Positions 1-17,312 of a stretch of 52,535 nucleotides of DNA are shown here, piece after piece; position 1 is the stretch's first letter, and each line of letters opens with the position of its first letter. The translations under genes were made by a program, and so were the position numbers. The notes under the pieces are model-generated. The model was not told the DNA's origin, searched no databases, and was given only the letters and a program-made list of their open reading frames with translations. This stretch comes from Eledone cirrhosa (Eukaryota). The stretch lies in NCBI GenBank assembly GCA_964016885.1, contig CAXHJY010000242.1, positions 1-52,535 of the forward strand, read 5' to 3'.

Positions 1-20
1 TCGATAAAAGCACTGGATAT

Positions 21-63
21 GTAATCCTGAAGATTTCTAATAAGAATGAAACGCGTAGGTTAC
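21..63 (+). ncRNA. Type I hammerhead ribozyme, copy 1
   Basis: GTAATC-CTGAAGA-t-TTCT-aata-AGAA-t-GAAA-CGCG-TA-GGTTAC. Helix I GTAATC/GGTTAC, CUGANGA and GAAA cores intact, palindromic helix III (ACGCGT), predicted GUA cleavage after 57. Confidence 0.88.
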
Positions 64-331
64 TTCCCTTGCTTTTATCGAGAATCTAATTGTAATTACG
101 TGACGTATTCTATTCTATAGCGATTAGGTCTTCAAAATGTTTATTATAAACATACAGAATATTTTCGAATATTCTATGTCTATCTTCACATATATATCGC
201 TATTTCAGAGCATTTAATCCAATTTCTAATTTCTGCCGGACCGGCAACCGCTCTTTCAAACCAGTTCCTGTACACAGCTAAGTATTCTATAAGTCTCTAG
301 CTGTGTCATTCTCGATAAAAGCACTGGATAT

Positions 332-374
332 GTAATCCTGAAGATTTCTAATAAGAATGAAACGCGTAGGTTAC
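332..374 (+). ncRNA. Type I hammerhead ribozyme, copy 2
   Basis: Identical to 21-63; predicted cleavage after 368. Helix I is extended by ATTCTCGATAAAAGCA/TGCTTTTATCGAGAAT. Confidence 0.88.
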
Positions 375-641
375 TTCCCTTGCTTTTATCGAGAATCTAA
401 TTGTAATACGTGACGTATTCTATTCTATAGCGATTAGGTCTTCAAAATGTTTATTATAAACATACAGAATATTTTCGAATATTCTATGTCTATCTTCACA
501 TATATATCGCTATTTCAGAGCATTTAATCCAATTTCTAATTTCTGCCGGACCGGCAACCGCTCTTTCAAACCAGTTCCTGTACACAGCTAAGTATTCTAT
601 AAGTCTCTAGCTGTGTCATTCTCGATAAAAGCACTGGATAT

Positions 642-684
642 GTAATCCTGAAGATTTCTAATAAGAATGAAACGCGTAGGTTAC
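642..684 (+). ncRNA. Type I hammerhead ribozyme, copy 3
   Basis: Identical to 21-63; predicted cleavage after 678. Confidence 0.88.
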
Positions 685-841
685 TTCCCTTGCTTTTATC
701 GAGAATCTAATTGTAATACGTGACGTATTCTATTCTATAGGATTAGGTCTTCAAAATGTTTATTATAAACATACAGAATATTTTCGAATATTCTATGTCT
801 ATCTTCACATATATATCGCTATTTCAGAGCATTTAATCCAA

Positions 842-5097
<4,256 letters not shown>

Positions 5098-5099
<2 letters not shown>

Positions 5100-5672
5100 G
5101 GTGGCTGCCAACTCGTTTTCGAGTACGGCCACTACTTTATATCCATGTAGGAGAACTCCTACCGATGCGCTGAACGAGTGTGACTTTTTAGTCCAGCCAG
5201 CGACTTGAAAACTCTGGTACAAACACTAGACTTGTGACAATTATTGACACATAGTGCTGGGCCCATGATACCATGTGACAACAAATGCAGAGAGATCTCC
5301 AGATATAAAGCAATGCCTGTGCCGTGAAGCTTTTATAGTGAGCAAAGGCACTGCACAAAGCCAGTCCCACTCTCTTAACCAAGATGATATTTACCAAAAA
5401 GAAGAACAAGTCAACATCATTGGATACCATGAGGGTTGCAGGTGTTATATCAGAGTTTTCCTTCTCCTAGAATTCTGCCTTGACAAAGGCTAAGGGGTCA
5501 TCTCTCCCGGTGATTTTGGATGGCCATTGACTCTTAAGAGCTCCTTTGCCTTTGACAGGTTTTGTTTTTAGTCCTGCAGGATGTCCAAAGTCACCCTCCT
5601 CACCAAGAAACCTTGGTGGGGTTGCCAGTTTAGTCGCCAACAGCCCGACCATGAGACAGGTTGTACTGGGAT
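5098..5672 (-). mobile_element. ~600-bp non-coding interspersed element, copy A (right end truncated); probable non-autonomous non-LTR retroelement
   Basis: Near-identical to 6467-7076 and 43327-43940, and flanked by microsatellite on both sides. Strand is inferred from the (ATGT)n tail-like end and the truncation at the opposite end. Confidence 0.75.
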
Positions 5673-5709
5673 GTTTGTATGTATGTATTTACATACATAC
5701 ATACATACT

Positions 5710-5832
5710 ACAAATCTTGAGAAGCTAGGCTTCAAAGGAACAGAAAGAACACAACTAGTTAGGAAATTACAAGTACACTCCATTAATGGAACAGTAAAAA
5801 TATGTAAAACATTCCAAAGATTTTGCATCTAA
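5710..5832 (+). mobile_element. Extreme C-terminal fragment of an R4/Dong-like (RLE) non-LTR retrotransposon ORF
   Basis: Translates NLEKLGF...RKLQVHSINGTVKICKTF*, paralogous to the end of the 6103-6449 fragment, and follows (TACA)n. Confidence 0.6.
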
Positions 5833-6102
5833 TAACTGCATATACACATGTACAGATACAAAGCATATACACATGGACACATACAACTCAAAACATCCAC
5901 ATCCACACATAAAATAACATCCATATCTACACATGCATGCATGCTGACATACATATCTACCTAGTTGATGTTGTGTAAATTCCAATGAGAGCATCTTGTG
6001 TCTATGTTAGAAACCGACTCTCTCAATTGGGAAAACTTTGTGAAATTATAAAACCAGAAGAACACACATACATACATACATACATACATACATACATACA
6101 TA

Positions 6103-6449
6103 CAAACGTTGTCAGAAAAATACAGGAGAAGGAGGACATCTACGGACCATTGATGAGGAGTTTACAAATCCAGTATCCAAGATAGACCTTTAGATTCAGA
6201 CCCATCATTATTGGAGCTACGGGTTATATACCAACCCGCTTGGACCAAAGTATGACTGAACTTGGATTTGCGGACAAAGAACGCAGCTCCCTAATTCATA
6301 GTCTACAAATGGCTGCGATAGCTGGCACCTTCAAAATTTGCAAAACATTCTTGCGATTCAAGGGATGACCATTTCTTTTATTTTACAACCTTGCCACCAG
6401 GAAGGTGGCCGGTCAAAAAAGTATACTCGAAATTAAGAGAAAGAAATAA
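6103..6449 (+). mobile_element. 5'-truncated R4/Dong-like non-LTR retrotransposon (RLE C-terminus and 3' UTR) in (TACA)n
   Basis: Translates KIQEKEDIYGPLMRSLQ..*..PIIIGATGYIP...GTFKICKTFL*, matching the K..KY..L and P.IIGA.G pattern after the restriction-like endonuclease. (ACAT)n lies on both sides. Confidence 0.72.
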
Positions 6450-6466
6450 CATACATACATACACAT

Positions 6467-7076
6467 ATGGTGGCTGCCAATACGTTTTCGAGTACGGCCA
6501 CTACTTTATATCCATGTAGGAGAACCCCTACCGATGCGCTGAACGTGTGTGACTTTTTAGTCCAGCCAGCGACTTGAAAACTCTGGTAAAAACAATACAC
6601 TTGCGACAATTATTGACACATAGTGCTGGGCCCATGGTACCATGTGACGACAAGTGCAGAGAGATCTCCAGATATAAAGCAATGCCTGTGCCGTGAAGCT
6701 TTTATAGTGAGCAAAGGCACTGCACAAAGCCAGTCCCACTCTCTTAACCAAGATGATATTTACCAAAAAGAAGAACAAGTCAACATCATTGGATACCATC
6801 AGGGTTGCAGATCTTATATCAGAGATTTCCTTCTCCTAGAATTCTGCCTTGGCAAAGGCTAAGGGGTCATCTCTCCCGATGATTTTGGATGGCCATTGAC
6901 TCTTAAGAGCTCCTTTGCCCTTTGGCAGGTTTTGTTTTTAGTCCTGCAGGATGTCCAAAGTCACCCTCCTCACCAAGAAACCTTGGTGGGGTTGCCAGTT
7001 TAGTCGCCAACAATCCGACCATGAGACAGGTTGTACTGGGATAAATGTTACCAGTAGCACCAACTGGTGACCTGAC
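6467..7076 (-). mobile_element. ~600-bp non-coding element, copy B (complete)
   Basis: ATGGTGGCTGCCAA...GGTGACCTGAC, near-identical to copies A and C, microsatellite-flanked. Confidence 0.8.
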
Positions 7077-9274
<2,198 letters not shown>

Positions 9275-9815
9275 CGTAGGTCCCGGTTTGAGTCGGGGAT
9301 AACCACAGTAAGTAAGGTACTCAATACATGGCAGAGTAAAATTTTTTTATTTTATAGAAGGAACTTCTACAGGACTAGTACTGTTTCATTCAGATGAAAT
9401 CTTCAGGAAGCTGGGTGTCATATTAAGTTCTGGTATCTATACATTTAGGTAGTGGCAAGGGAGGGGTGGTGGATGGGGGGGGGGGTATTTAGATACACAG
9501 GACCACTTCATGGCACAGGCCGTTTTTTCTATGGGGAGTGGTCAATTAGCCAGAGTGCTTTTTTGAAATAAATAAATAAATAAGTAAATAAATGAATGAA
9601 TGAATGAATAAATAATAAATAAAAACCCCAAGAATAGTAATTTAACAGATATATAGTAGGGAAATTTTTAGGTGGGTTGGTAATAGAAATTAAACATTTA
9701 ACAAGACGGAATCATGGCACAGACTGGGGTGAGTGGTCAAGTTAACATACAAGCCACAGGTGGCCAGAGTGTTTTTGTAGAATGGAAAGAATAAAATATA
9801 TTTACATACAAAAAC
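9275..9815 (-). mobile_element. HHR-bearing Penelope-like/retrozyme terminal segment
   Basis: The first ~140 bp are shared with 7995-8121 and, inverted, with 44835-44965. It contains an intact HHR and has no ORF; the right boundary is uncertain. Confidence 0.55.
9362..9412 (-). ncRNA. Type I hammerhead ribozyme
   Basis: Minus strand: AGCTTC-CTGAAGA-t-TTC-atct-GAA-t-GAAA-CAG-tactagtc-CTG-TA-GAAGTT. All three helices pair; GUA site. Confidence 0.82.
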
Positions 9816-10012
9816 ACTTACACACACACACATACATATATACCTACATACACATACACACACACATACACATGTGTGTGTGTGTGTGCGCACCCACACA
9901 TTCACACACACACACACACATACATATACGCACACACACACACACATACATACAAATATATACATATATACACAGGAAAAACACAAACACAAATATACAC
10001 ACACACACGCAT

Positions 10013-10059
<47 letters not shown>

Positions 10060-10135
10060 CACGCGCGCATACACATACATATATACACATACATATATAC
10101 ATACATACATATGCATACATACACACATATATATA

Positions 10136-10179
<44 letters not shown>

Positions 10180-10322
10180 CACACCTGCAAGTACGTATGT
10201 CTCTCTCGTGCAAACTATACTATACATACACATACATACATTTGCACACACATACATACATACACACACAAACACATACATTCACACATATATATACGTA
10301 TATACACATACACACACATATA
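9816..10322. repeat. Mixed (CA)n/(TA)n/(TACA)n microsatellite
   Basis: Direct reading. Confidence 0.95.
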
Positions 10323-10610
10323 AATTTTAAATTTTAAACTGGGCCTGATAGAGGATTAAAATAATTAATGTCACTATTAAGTTATTAATAGTATCATCAA
10401 GTAATTAATTACTATTTATTATTTATTACTTACTATTTACCATTCACTATTCGTTACCTATCTTTTATCCTTTATCTAATACCTAATCATTCACTCATAA
10501 ATTAATAAATAATTGAAAGAGTTAACTAACAAACGAACAAACAAACAAGCAGATAAACAAATAAACCAGTAAATAAGCAAATAAATAAACAAGCAAATAA
10601 ATAAATGGAT

Positions 10611-11040
10611 AAATATACCCATCTACCTTACTTTAAAGGGCATTATACACTCTATAATACTCGTTTACTCATCACCCTCATCCTATCTTCTCGTAAAACA
10701 ATAACATTTGTTTTTGACATTTTGAATATTCATCCGCAATCATTATTATTTTTTCCCTCTATCAATAAATCTTTTTAATCTCAATTTCATCCTTAATTTA
10801 TTATTATATATTTTTTTAATATATACTCATATATTCTTTAAAATATACCCATCTACCTTACTTTAAAGGGCATTATACACTCTATAATACCCGTTTACTC
10901 ATCACCCTCATTCTATCTCCTCGTAAAACAATAACATTTGTTTTTGACATTTTGAGTATTCATCCGCAATCATTATTATTTTTTCTCTCTATCATAAATC
11001 TTTTTAATCTCAATTTCATCCTTAATTTATTATTATTTTT
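10611..11040. repeat. Tandem duplication, period ~230 bp
   Basis: AAATATACCCATCTACCTTACTTTAAAGGGC at 10611 and 10841. Confidence 0.9.
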
Positions 11041-11236
11041 TTCTCCCCATCAACGAACTCATTATTAATACATATGAATTCAATATACAAACTTTAACTT
11101 CACATTATTTTTCTCAAATCCTTCTACACATAAACTTTTTCTCTTTGCTAATTTTAAAATTCCTACATTTCTTCTTTTGACGTTAGAATATTCACCCACA
11201 ATTATTATTTTTTTCTCTCTATCTCCATACATAATT

Positions 11237-11655
11237 TCCCTTCGTTAATTTTCAAATTCCTTTAATTTATACATTATCTTCCAACGGTTCCCAACCTCTC
11301 TATATTAAAACATTATATCTTTTTCTCAGTTATAAAAACAATCTCTTTCTCTCTATCACCCATCTCTCCCTTTCCACCTTCACTCTCATCTCCTCCCCTT
11401 TTTCTCATCCTTTCCACCCCCCCCCCTCCCTAAATATAATATATTTTTTTCCTCGCACATATCCTCCCTTCGTTAATTTTCAAAATTTTTAATTTATACA
11501 GTATCTTCCAACGGTTTTCAACCCCTCTATATAAAATATATCTCCTCTCAGTTATAAAAACTATCTCTTTCTCTCTATCACCCATCTCTCCCTCTCATCT
11601 CCTTCCCTTTTCATCCTTTTCTCTCCCCCCCTCTCTAAATAAAATATTTTTCCCA
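11237..11655. repeat. Second tandem duplication, period ~228 bp
   Basis: TCCCTTCGTTAATTTTCAAA...CTCTCTATCACCCATCTCTCCCT occurs twice. Confidence 0.8.
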
Positions 11656-11749
11656 ATATCACACATCAATCTAAAACCACTTTTCATATGTTGATTTAAA
11701 ACTGCACTATCAACAAGTGTTTTTTTAGCCTTCATATCATGTTCTCCTG

Positions 11750-11816
11750 TTTTATCTGATGAAAACACAAATATTATTGTTTGATGATGTTTGTTTTTGA
11801 AATGCGCATAATAAAA
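11750..11816 (+). ncRNA. Type I hammerhead ribozyme with long helix II
   Basis: TTTTAT-CTGATGA-AAAcACAAATATTATT-gttt-GATGATGTTTGTtTTT-GAAA-TGCGCA-TA-ATAAAA. Palindromic helix III (ATGCGCAT), AUA site, ~40 bp before (TA)n. Confidence 0.75.
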
Positions 11817-11852
11817 TATATTGAACTCCTTTAACCATCTTTTGATCTTATA

Positions 11853-11860
11853 TTATATAC

Positions 11861-11894
<34 letters not shown>

Positions 11895-11944
11895 ATATAC
11901 ATATACATATACACATATACATATATACATATACATATATACAT

Positions 11945-11977
<33 letters not shown>

Positions 11978-12030
11978 TATACACATATACACATATACAT
12001 ATACATATATATATATATATACATATACAT

Positions 12031-12076
<46 letters not shown>
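11853..12076. repeat. (TA/TACA)n followed by (GA)n microsatellite
   Basis: Direct reading. Confidence 0.97.
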
Positions 12077-12079
<3 letters not shown>

Positions 12080-14643
12080 AGAATTAAATATAGTTTTAGT
12101 TGTCAGCGACCTCACAGTCAGAACTAGACGAACCTGGAAACAGAAGCCAACCTGGAGAAGAAAGATCTGGAAGCTGAAAGACCCCTCAGTCAGTAACAGA
12201 TTTAAAGATATTTTACTCAACGTCTACGACAGTAAAGAAAAACAGATAGAGACATTCAATGTAGAAGACCACTGGGAGTTCCTAAAAAATAACTTGCTAG
12301 AGGCAACGGATGAGATCTGTAGCTGGGGTAAGACCACAGGCAGGAGGAGATTGACATGGTGGTGGAGCAATAAGGTAGATGAGGCAGTTAAAGCCAAGAG
12401 ACGGGCATGGAAAGAATGGAAGATCGGGGGAAGCAGGGTACATTACATAGAAACCAGGAGGGAAGCTAGGCGACCAGTATACTTAGCTAGGAGGGAAATA
12501 GAGGATAGAAAATTCAAGCATGTTTTGCAACGTGAGGACCAGAGACAAGAGGTGTTCAAGATTGAGAGGCAGTGTGTCAGAGATAGTTGTGATGTCATTG
12601 GAGAGAAGTGTATCCGGAATGATAAAGGTGAGCTTGCCCTCATAAGTGCTGAGAAGAAAGATGCGTGGAAGAGCCATTATGATACATTACTAAATGAGGA
12701 GAATGAAGACGGGGAAGGCAACCGGTCCATCGGGTATAGCTGCCGAGATTCTGAAGGCATCTGGGTCGGTAGGTCACACTATAACCACACGTATTGTTAA
12801 CCAGGTAATACTGGGTGTCATACCAAAGGATTGGTGCAGTAGCATCATTGTCAACTGCTACAAAGGTAAAGGTGATGCACTAGATAGAAGAAACTATAGA
12901 GGTATAAGCTGATGGACCAGGTCATTAAAGTAACAGAAAGAGTTATAGCACAGTTGATTAGGGATCGGGTGAAACTAGATGAGATGCAATTTGGGTTTGT
13001 GCCAGGAAGAGGCACCACTGATGCTCTCTTCCTTGTGAGGCAGTTACAGGAAAAGTATCTAGCTAAAAGCAAGCCACTCTACCTGGCATTCGTCGATCTC
13101 GAGAAAGCCTTTGACAGAGTTCCCCGTGCTATAATCTGGTGGGCTCTTAGAAAACTAAGAGTAGATGAATGGCTTGTGAAAGCTGTACAAGCCATGTATA
13201 GGGGAGCAGTCAGCAAAGTTAGGATTAGCAATGAGTATAACGAGGAATTTAGCGCACAGGTTGGTGTCCTCCAGGGCTCTGTTCTTAGCCCTCTCTTGTT
13301 CATCATATAGTCCTGCAGGCAATAACGGAGGAGTTTAAGACCGGATGCCCATAGGAACTCCTGTATGCAGATGACCTCGCACTTATAACTGAATCTATGG
13401 TAGAACTAGAGAAGAAATGCCAAACTTGGAAGCAGGGACTAGAAAGAAAGGGTCTCAAAGTCAACCTGACAAAGACTAAGGTCCTTGTAAGTAGACGAAA
13501 AAACAGAACCCAGATCCCCTCAGGGAAATGGCCTTGCTCAGTATGTAGGAAAGGTGTAGGTAGGAACTCCATTCTCTGCCCCAAATGCAAACAATGGGTA
13601 CACAAGAGATGTAGCGGGATCTCGGGAAGCTTAACTAAGAATGTAGGCTTCACATGTAGCAGCTATGCTGGGACAGCAAGCAGCAAACAGACACAGGAAA
13701 CAAGCACCATCAAACTCTGGGAGGGCTCTGTAGAAACAGTAGACAGTTTCTGCTACCTAGGTGACCGAATTAGCAGCGGAGGTGGGTGTTCGGAAAGTAC
13801 AATAACTAGGGTAAGAACGGGATGGAAGAAGTTCAGGGAGCTACTGCCACTGCTAGCTGCAAAAGGCTTTTCCCTCAAAATGAACGGCAGACTGCATGAT
13901 GCGTGTATACGAACAGCAATGTTACATAGTAGTAGTGACCTGGGCGCTGACTGTGGAAGACTTGCGTAGATTAGAAAGAAATGAAGCTTGCATGCTCCGA
14001 TGGATGTGTAATAGTAATATACGTGAACGGCAAAGCATAAATGAATTGAGAGAGAGACTGATCATAAGAGGAATCAAACGCTGTGTGCAGGAGAGGCGGT
14101 TGCGTTGGTATGGACATGTGATGCGTATGAAGGATGACAGCTGCATAAAAGGGTGCAGAGCACTAGAAGTCGATGGAATCCACGGAGTGGGGAGACCCAA
14201 GAAGACCTGGAATGAGGTGATAAAAGCCGACCATACCCAATTGCACCTCTCAAAGGTGATGACACACGACCGTGACCTCTGGCGTCACGCAGTAATACAG
14301 AAGAGCCGAACCCCCACGGGTACAAGCCGAAGCTGAAGCATATAGACAAAATTCCCCCACACCCTCCCACTGCAAAGTGGTCGTGGAGGTGCCACGGCAA
14401 AAAAGCACCCAGCCTACACTGTAAAGGGGACGTGTAGGTGCCACGGAAAAAAAGCACTCGGCACTCACTGTAAATGAGGTTGGTGTTAGAAAGGGCATCC
14501 AGATGTAGAAATCAAGCCAGAATCAGTTCACGTATGAGCAAGACAAGGTCAGCCGACCGGACTGCCCACAACAGGACAACCCGTCTAACCCATGCTAGCG
14601 TGGAAGAACGGACGTAAAACGGTGATGATGATGATGATGATGA
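12077..14643 (+). mobile_element. 5'-truncated, frameshifted RTE-clade LINE (reverse transcriptase)
   Basis: ORF pieces contain [55 protein letters not shown] and RRLRWYGHVMR. There is a (GAT)n 3' tail at ~14623-14643. Confidence 0.93.
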
Positions 14644-14647
14644 TATA

Positions 14648-14726
<79 letters not shown>
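14644..14726. repeat. (TA)n microsatellite
   Basis: Direct reading. Confidence 0.97.
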
Positions 14727-14749
14727 GAGTGCGTGTGTGTGTCTTATTT

Positions 14750-15855
14750 TAACACCTATAACTTTTTGTAACGTCTTCTAATTACCATTTCTTTTCAGAT
14801 AGATGATGACAGACATCAAGTTTACTCCGCAAATGAAAAGGCAGGCTGTCCTTGTTGCCTGAAAAACTGAGCATGGTGTTTTAGCGATTTCTCACTTCTT
14901 GAAAGATGTGTGGTCGTTTGTTGTCAAAGTTCGCAAAGAGATGGAAGCCGCTGGCAAAGATTCTACAGCTCATCGTAAAATGCCTGCTAAGGGTCATTAT
15001 ACTACCATAACATCCAAATTCGTAGGAAAGGTTTAAAAAATGATCGATAAGAACTCCAGAAAGTCAATTAACGCCATTGCTAGGGAGCTCAAGATTTCAA
15101 AGCACACAATCGGAAGATTAGTGTCCTCGATACAAGCCATATGTGATGTGGATAGGTTAATTCATGTCTACAAAGACAAAAGATAACCGTCGGGCCCGCA
15201 CAAATTGCTTGTTTAGCAAGTTGAACATCAACAGCCTGGAATGCTTTGTTTTTTTTTTTCTCTTGGTGAGAAAAAACTGATCAGGACCAAAGACTTAATC
15301 GAATGAATGACATGTTTATGCAGAGACTCTAAAGACATTCCAACGGACATGCACACAAAATTTCCACAAATGTAATGCTTCTGGGAGTCGTTAGCAATGA
15401 AGTTGCCATGCCTCCTCACTTTTTTCCCCAGGGCTAAACAGTCAATGCTTCTGACTAGAAAGTGGTGTTAGAGAGGATTGCGAGGCCTTGGAGAGTATGA
15501 CCAAAGAAAGACAGTACACCTACAAACAAGACTTGGTGCCGTCTTATAAGGCCAGGGTGACCCAAGAATGAGTGAGTTACAATCTCTACGATCAAGTCAC
15601 TCCAAACCTATGGCCTCCTAGATCTCCAGACATGAATCCCTTGGACTACTACGTATGGGGCATAGTCGAACGGGAAGTCAATCATCGCCCCTATAGCACT
15701 CTAAAATGTCTGAAGTCCACCATAACTAGCGCAATGTTCAAAATAGATAAAGATCATCTAATTCGGGCATATCAACGTTTCAGACCCCGTATTGAAGCAG
15801 CCACCAATGCTAACAACAGATTCATTAAATAGATGCGTCTAGAAGAGTCACAAGA
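14750..15855 (+). mobile_element. Decayed Tc1/mariner-superfamily DNA transposon
   Basis: ORF 15572-15832 has WPPRSPDMNPLDYYVWG. Upstream is an HTH-like remnant, PRKSINAIARELKISKHTI. Inverted remnants TTGTAACGTCTTCTA / TAGAAGAGTCACAA lie near the ends. Confidence 0.85.
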
Positions 15856-16095
15856 TGCGCGCGCGCGCACACACACATATGTGTATATATATATATATAT
15901 ATATACATACAAACATACATACATACATAGCAGTAACACAGAACCATATGCGATATATACAATAAAAATACGAAGGGCTCGCTCAGATGTTTCTGTATTT
16001 TTATGCTTTACCGGTGTCATTTGCTCACTCGCTACTGAGATAGCATTTATATAACCACACCTTAAAATATTCATAGTGAGACTCTCATATGTTTA

Positions 16096-16152
<57 letters not shown>

Positions 16153-16469
16153 CTGGCAGAATGGCCCGGCTTTGCTCGGGATTTGCTCTAGGGTTCTTAT
16201 ATATTTGATATATATTTATCCTTATCGAGCCTCGTGAAATAAATACGTTTGTTTAATTGTTATTGTGTATGCAAAAATATCTATACACGAATATATAATT
16301 ATATATATATATATATATATTAAAATAACAGATTAAAGTTTAAGCAAAGAATCGCTGCTTTCACCCTTAACGGGATCTTCTGAAACTAAAAAAAAATCAA
16401 TCTGCGAACGCAGAAGTAAATATTTCGAAAAACGTTACACACTATATATATACAGACACACTATATATA

Positions 16470-16501
<32 letters not shown>

Positions 16502-16790
16502 TAGCGTCATAATGTAGACAGCCAGACATACAGAGAGATATTATCAGGGTGCGACGTTATATCTATGTATCTATCTAAAAAGAAAGACTAAGAATTATAG
16601 AGCGAGATCGCTAAATCGCCTAATGCGGTCCCTAGGGCATTGAAAATTTGAAATATTGTTTGCTCAAAACGCTCACATGACCATAAGTATTACATGTGTA
16701 AAGTTTGAAAACAATCGGTTGGGTGGTTCTCGAGTTTTAGGGAGTCAGACAGACAGACAGACAGACATTCTCTGTTTTAGATATATATAT
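16153..16790 (-). mobile_element. Non-autonomous Helitron-like element
   Basis: Minus-strand 3' end CCCGAGCAAAGCCGGG...CCAG|T resembles the hairpin-CTAG ends at 20339 and 36039. The other end has TATATC-TAAAAC followed by (GTCT)n. Confidence 0.55.
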
Positions 16791-16884
16791 ATATGTATGT
16801 AAAAGGTAAACAGAAATAACAACACAATCGGTACAGTATATGGAAGGTATATATTAGGTTAACGCTTGATATAGAAGGAAGAGG

Positions 16885-16920
16885 TCTTAACGTTTCGGAC
16901 GCTAGTCCTTCACCAGAAGA
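16885..16920 (-). ncRNA. Minimal type I hammerhead, core-mutated (probably inactive)
   Basis: Minus strand: TCTT-CTGGTGA-a-GGAC-tagc-GTCC-GAAA-CG-TT-AAGA, with an A-to-G change in CUGAUGA. Confidence 0.6.
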
Positions 16921-17201
16921 AAGAGTGAGAAATAAAATAGATTGAGGGGACGGGCGGGATGGATTTGGAAAAAATGTCTTTAGATAAAAATAACGGGTCC
17001 ATTCTTGTTGACAACGCTTGCAAAACTATATACATATATATATATATATATATAAGGAGTTGACGGACCCAGCATAATTATCAATGTCAGGACCGGTTGT
17101 ATCTCAGCGTACTCAATAGGTAACGTAGGATACATTCTCAGAGTATACACATAGTTATTCGCTTCAATACAACACACGTAAAACGGGTGCCTATAATAGC
17201 T

Positions 17202-17312
17202 CCCTGACTCGAGTTTCGGCCACACTTAATGCATCAGTAGGGTGCATTGCACCCTCTGTCTGCATATATTATGCAACAATGCATAATCAGCGTATGTGGC
17301 TTCATCAGTGGG
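17202..17312 (-). ncRNA. Type I hammerhead with expanded, branched helix II
   Basis: Minus strand: CCCa-CTGATGA-a-GCCACA-[~70-nt insert with two hairpins]-TGTGGC-c-GAAA-CTCGAG-TC-aGGG. Palindromic helix III ACTCGAGT, GUC site; helix I is weak. Confidence 0.7.

Larger units (their letters stand above)
1..841 (+). repeat. Tandem array of ~311-bp units (2.7 copies visible, cut by window start); candidate non-LTR retrozyme
   Basis: TCGATAAAAGCACTGG recurs at 1, 312 and 622. The units differ only by single-base indels. Each unit has a hammerhead motif, and the array ends directly in (TA)n. Confidence 0.95.

Noticed and set aside
1-841. Tandem array as CRISPR or ordinary satellite DNA
   Set aside because: There are no unique spacers and the context is eukaryotic. 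The hammerhead and structured monomer explain it better than a plain satellite.
5452-5510. HDV-like ribozyme in TTTTCCTTCTCCTAG...AAGGCTAAGGGGTC
   Set aside because: A P4-like hairpin and CUAA are present, but I could not assign consistent P1, P3 and P1.1 pairings.
5188-5728. Short ORFs recurring in the ~600-bp element copies
   Set aside because: They recur because the DNA copies are young. They have no recognisable domain and are not preserved in diverged copies D and E.
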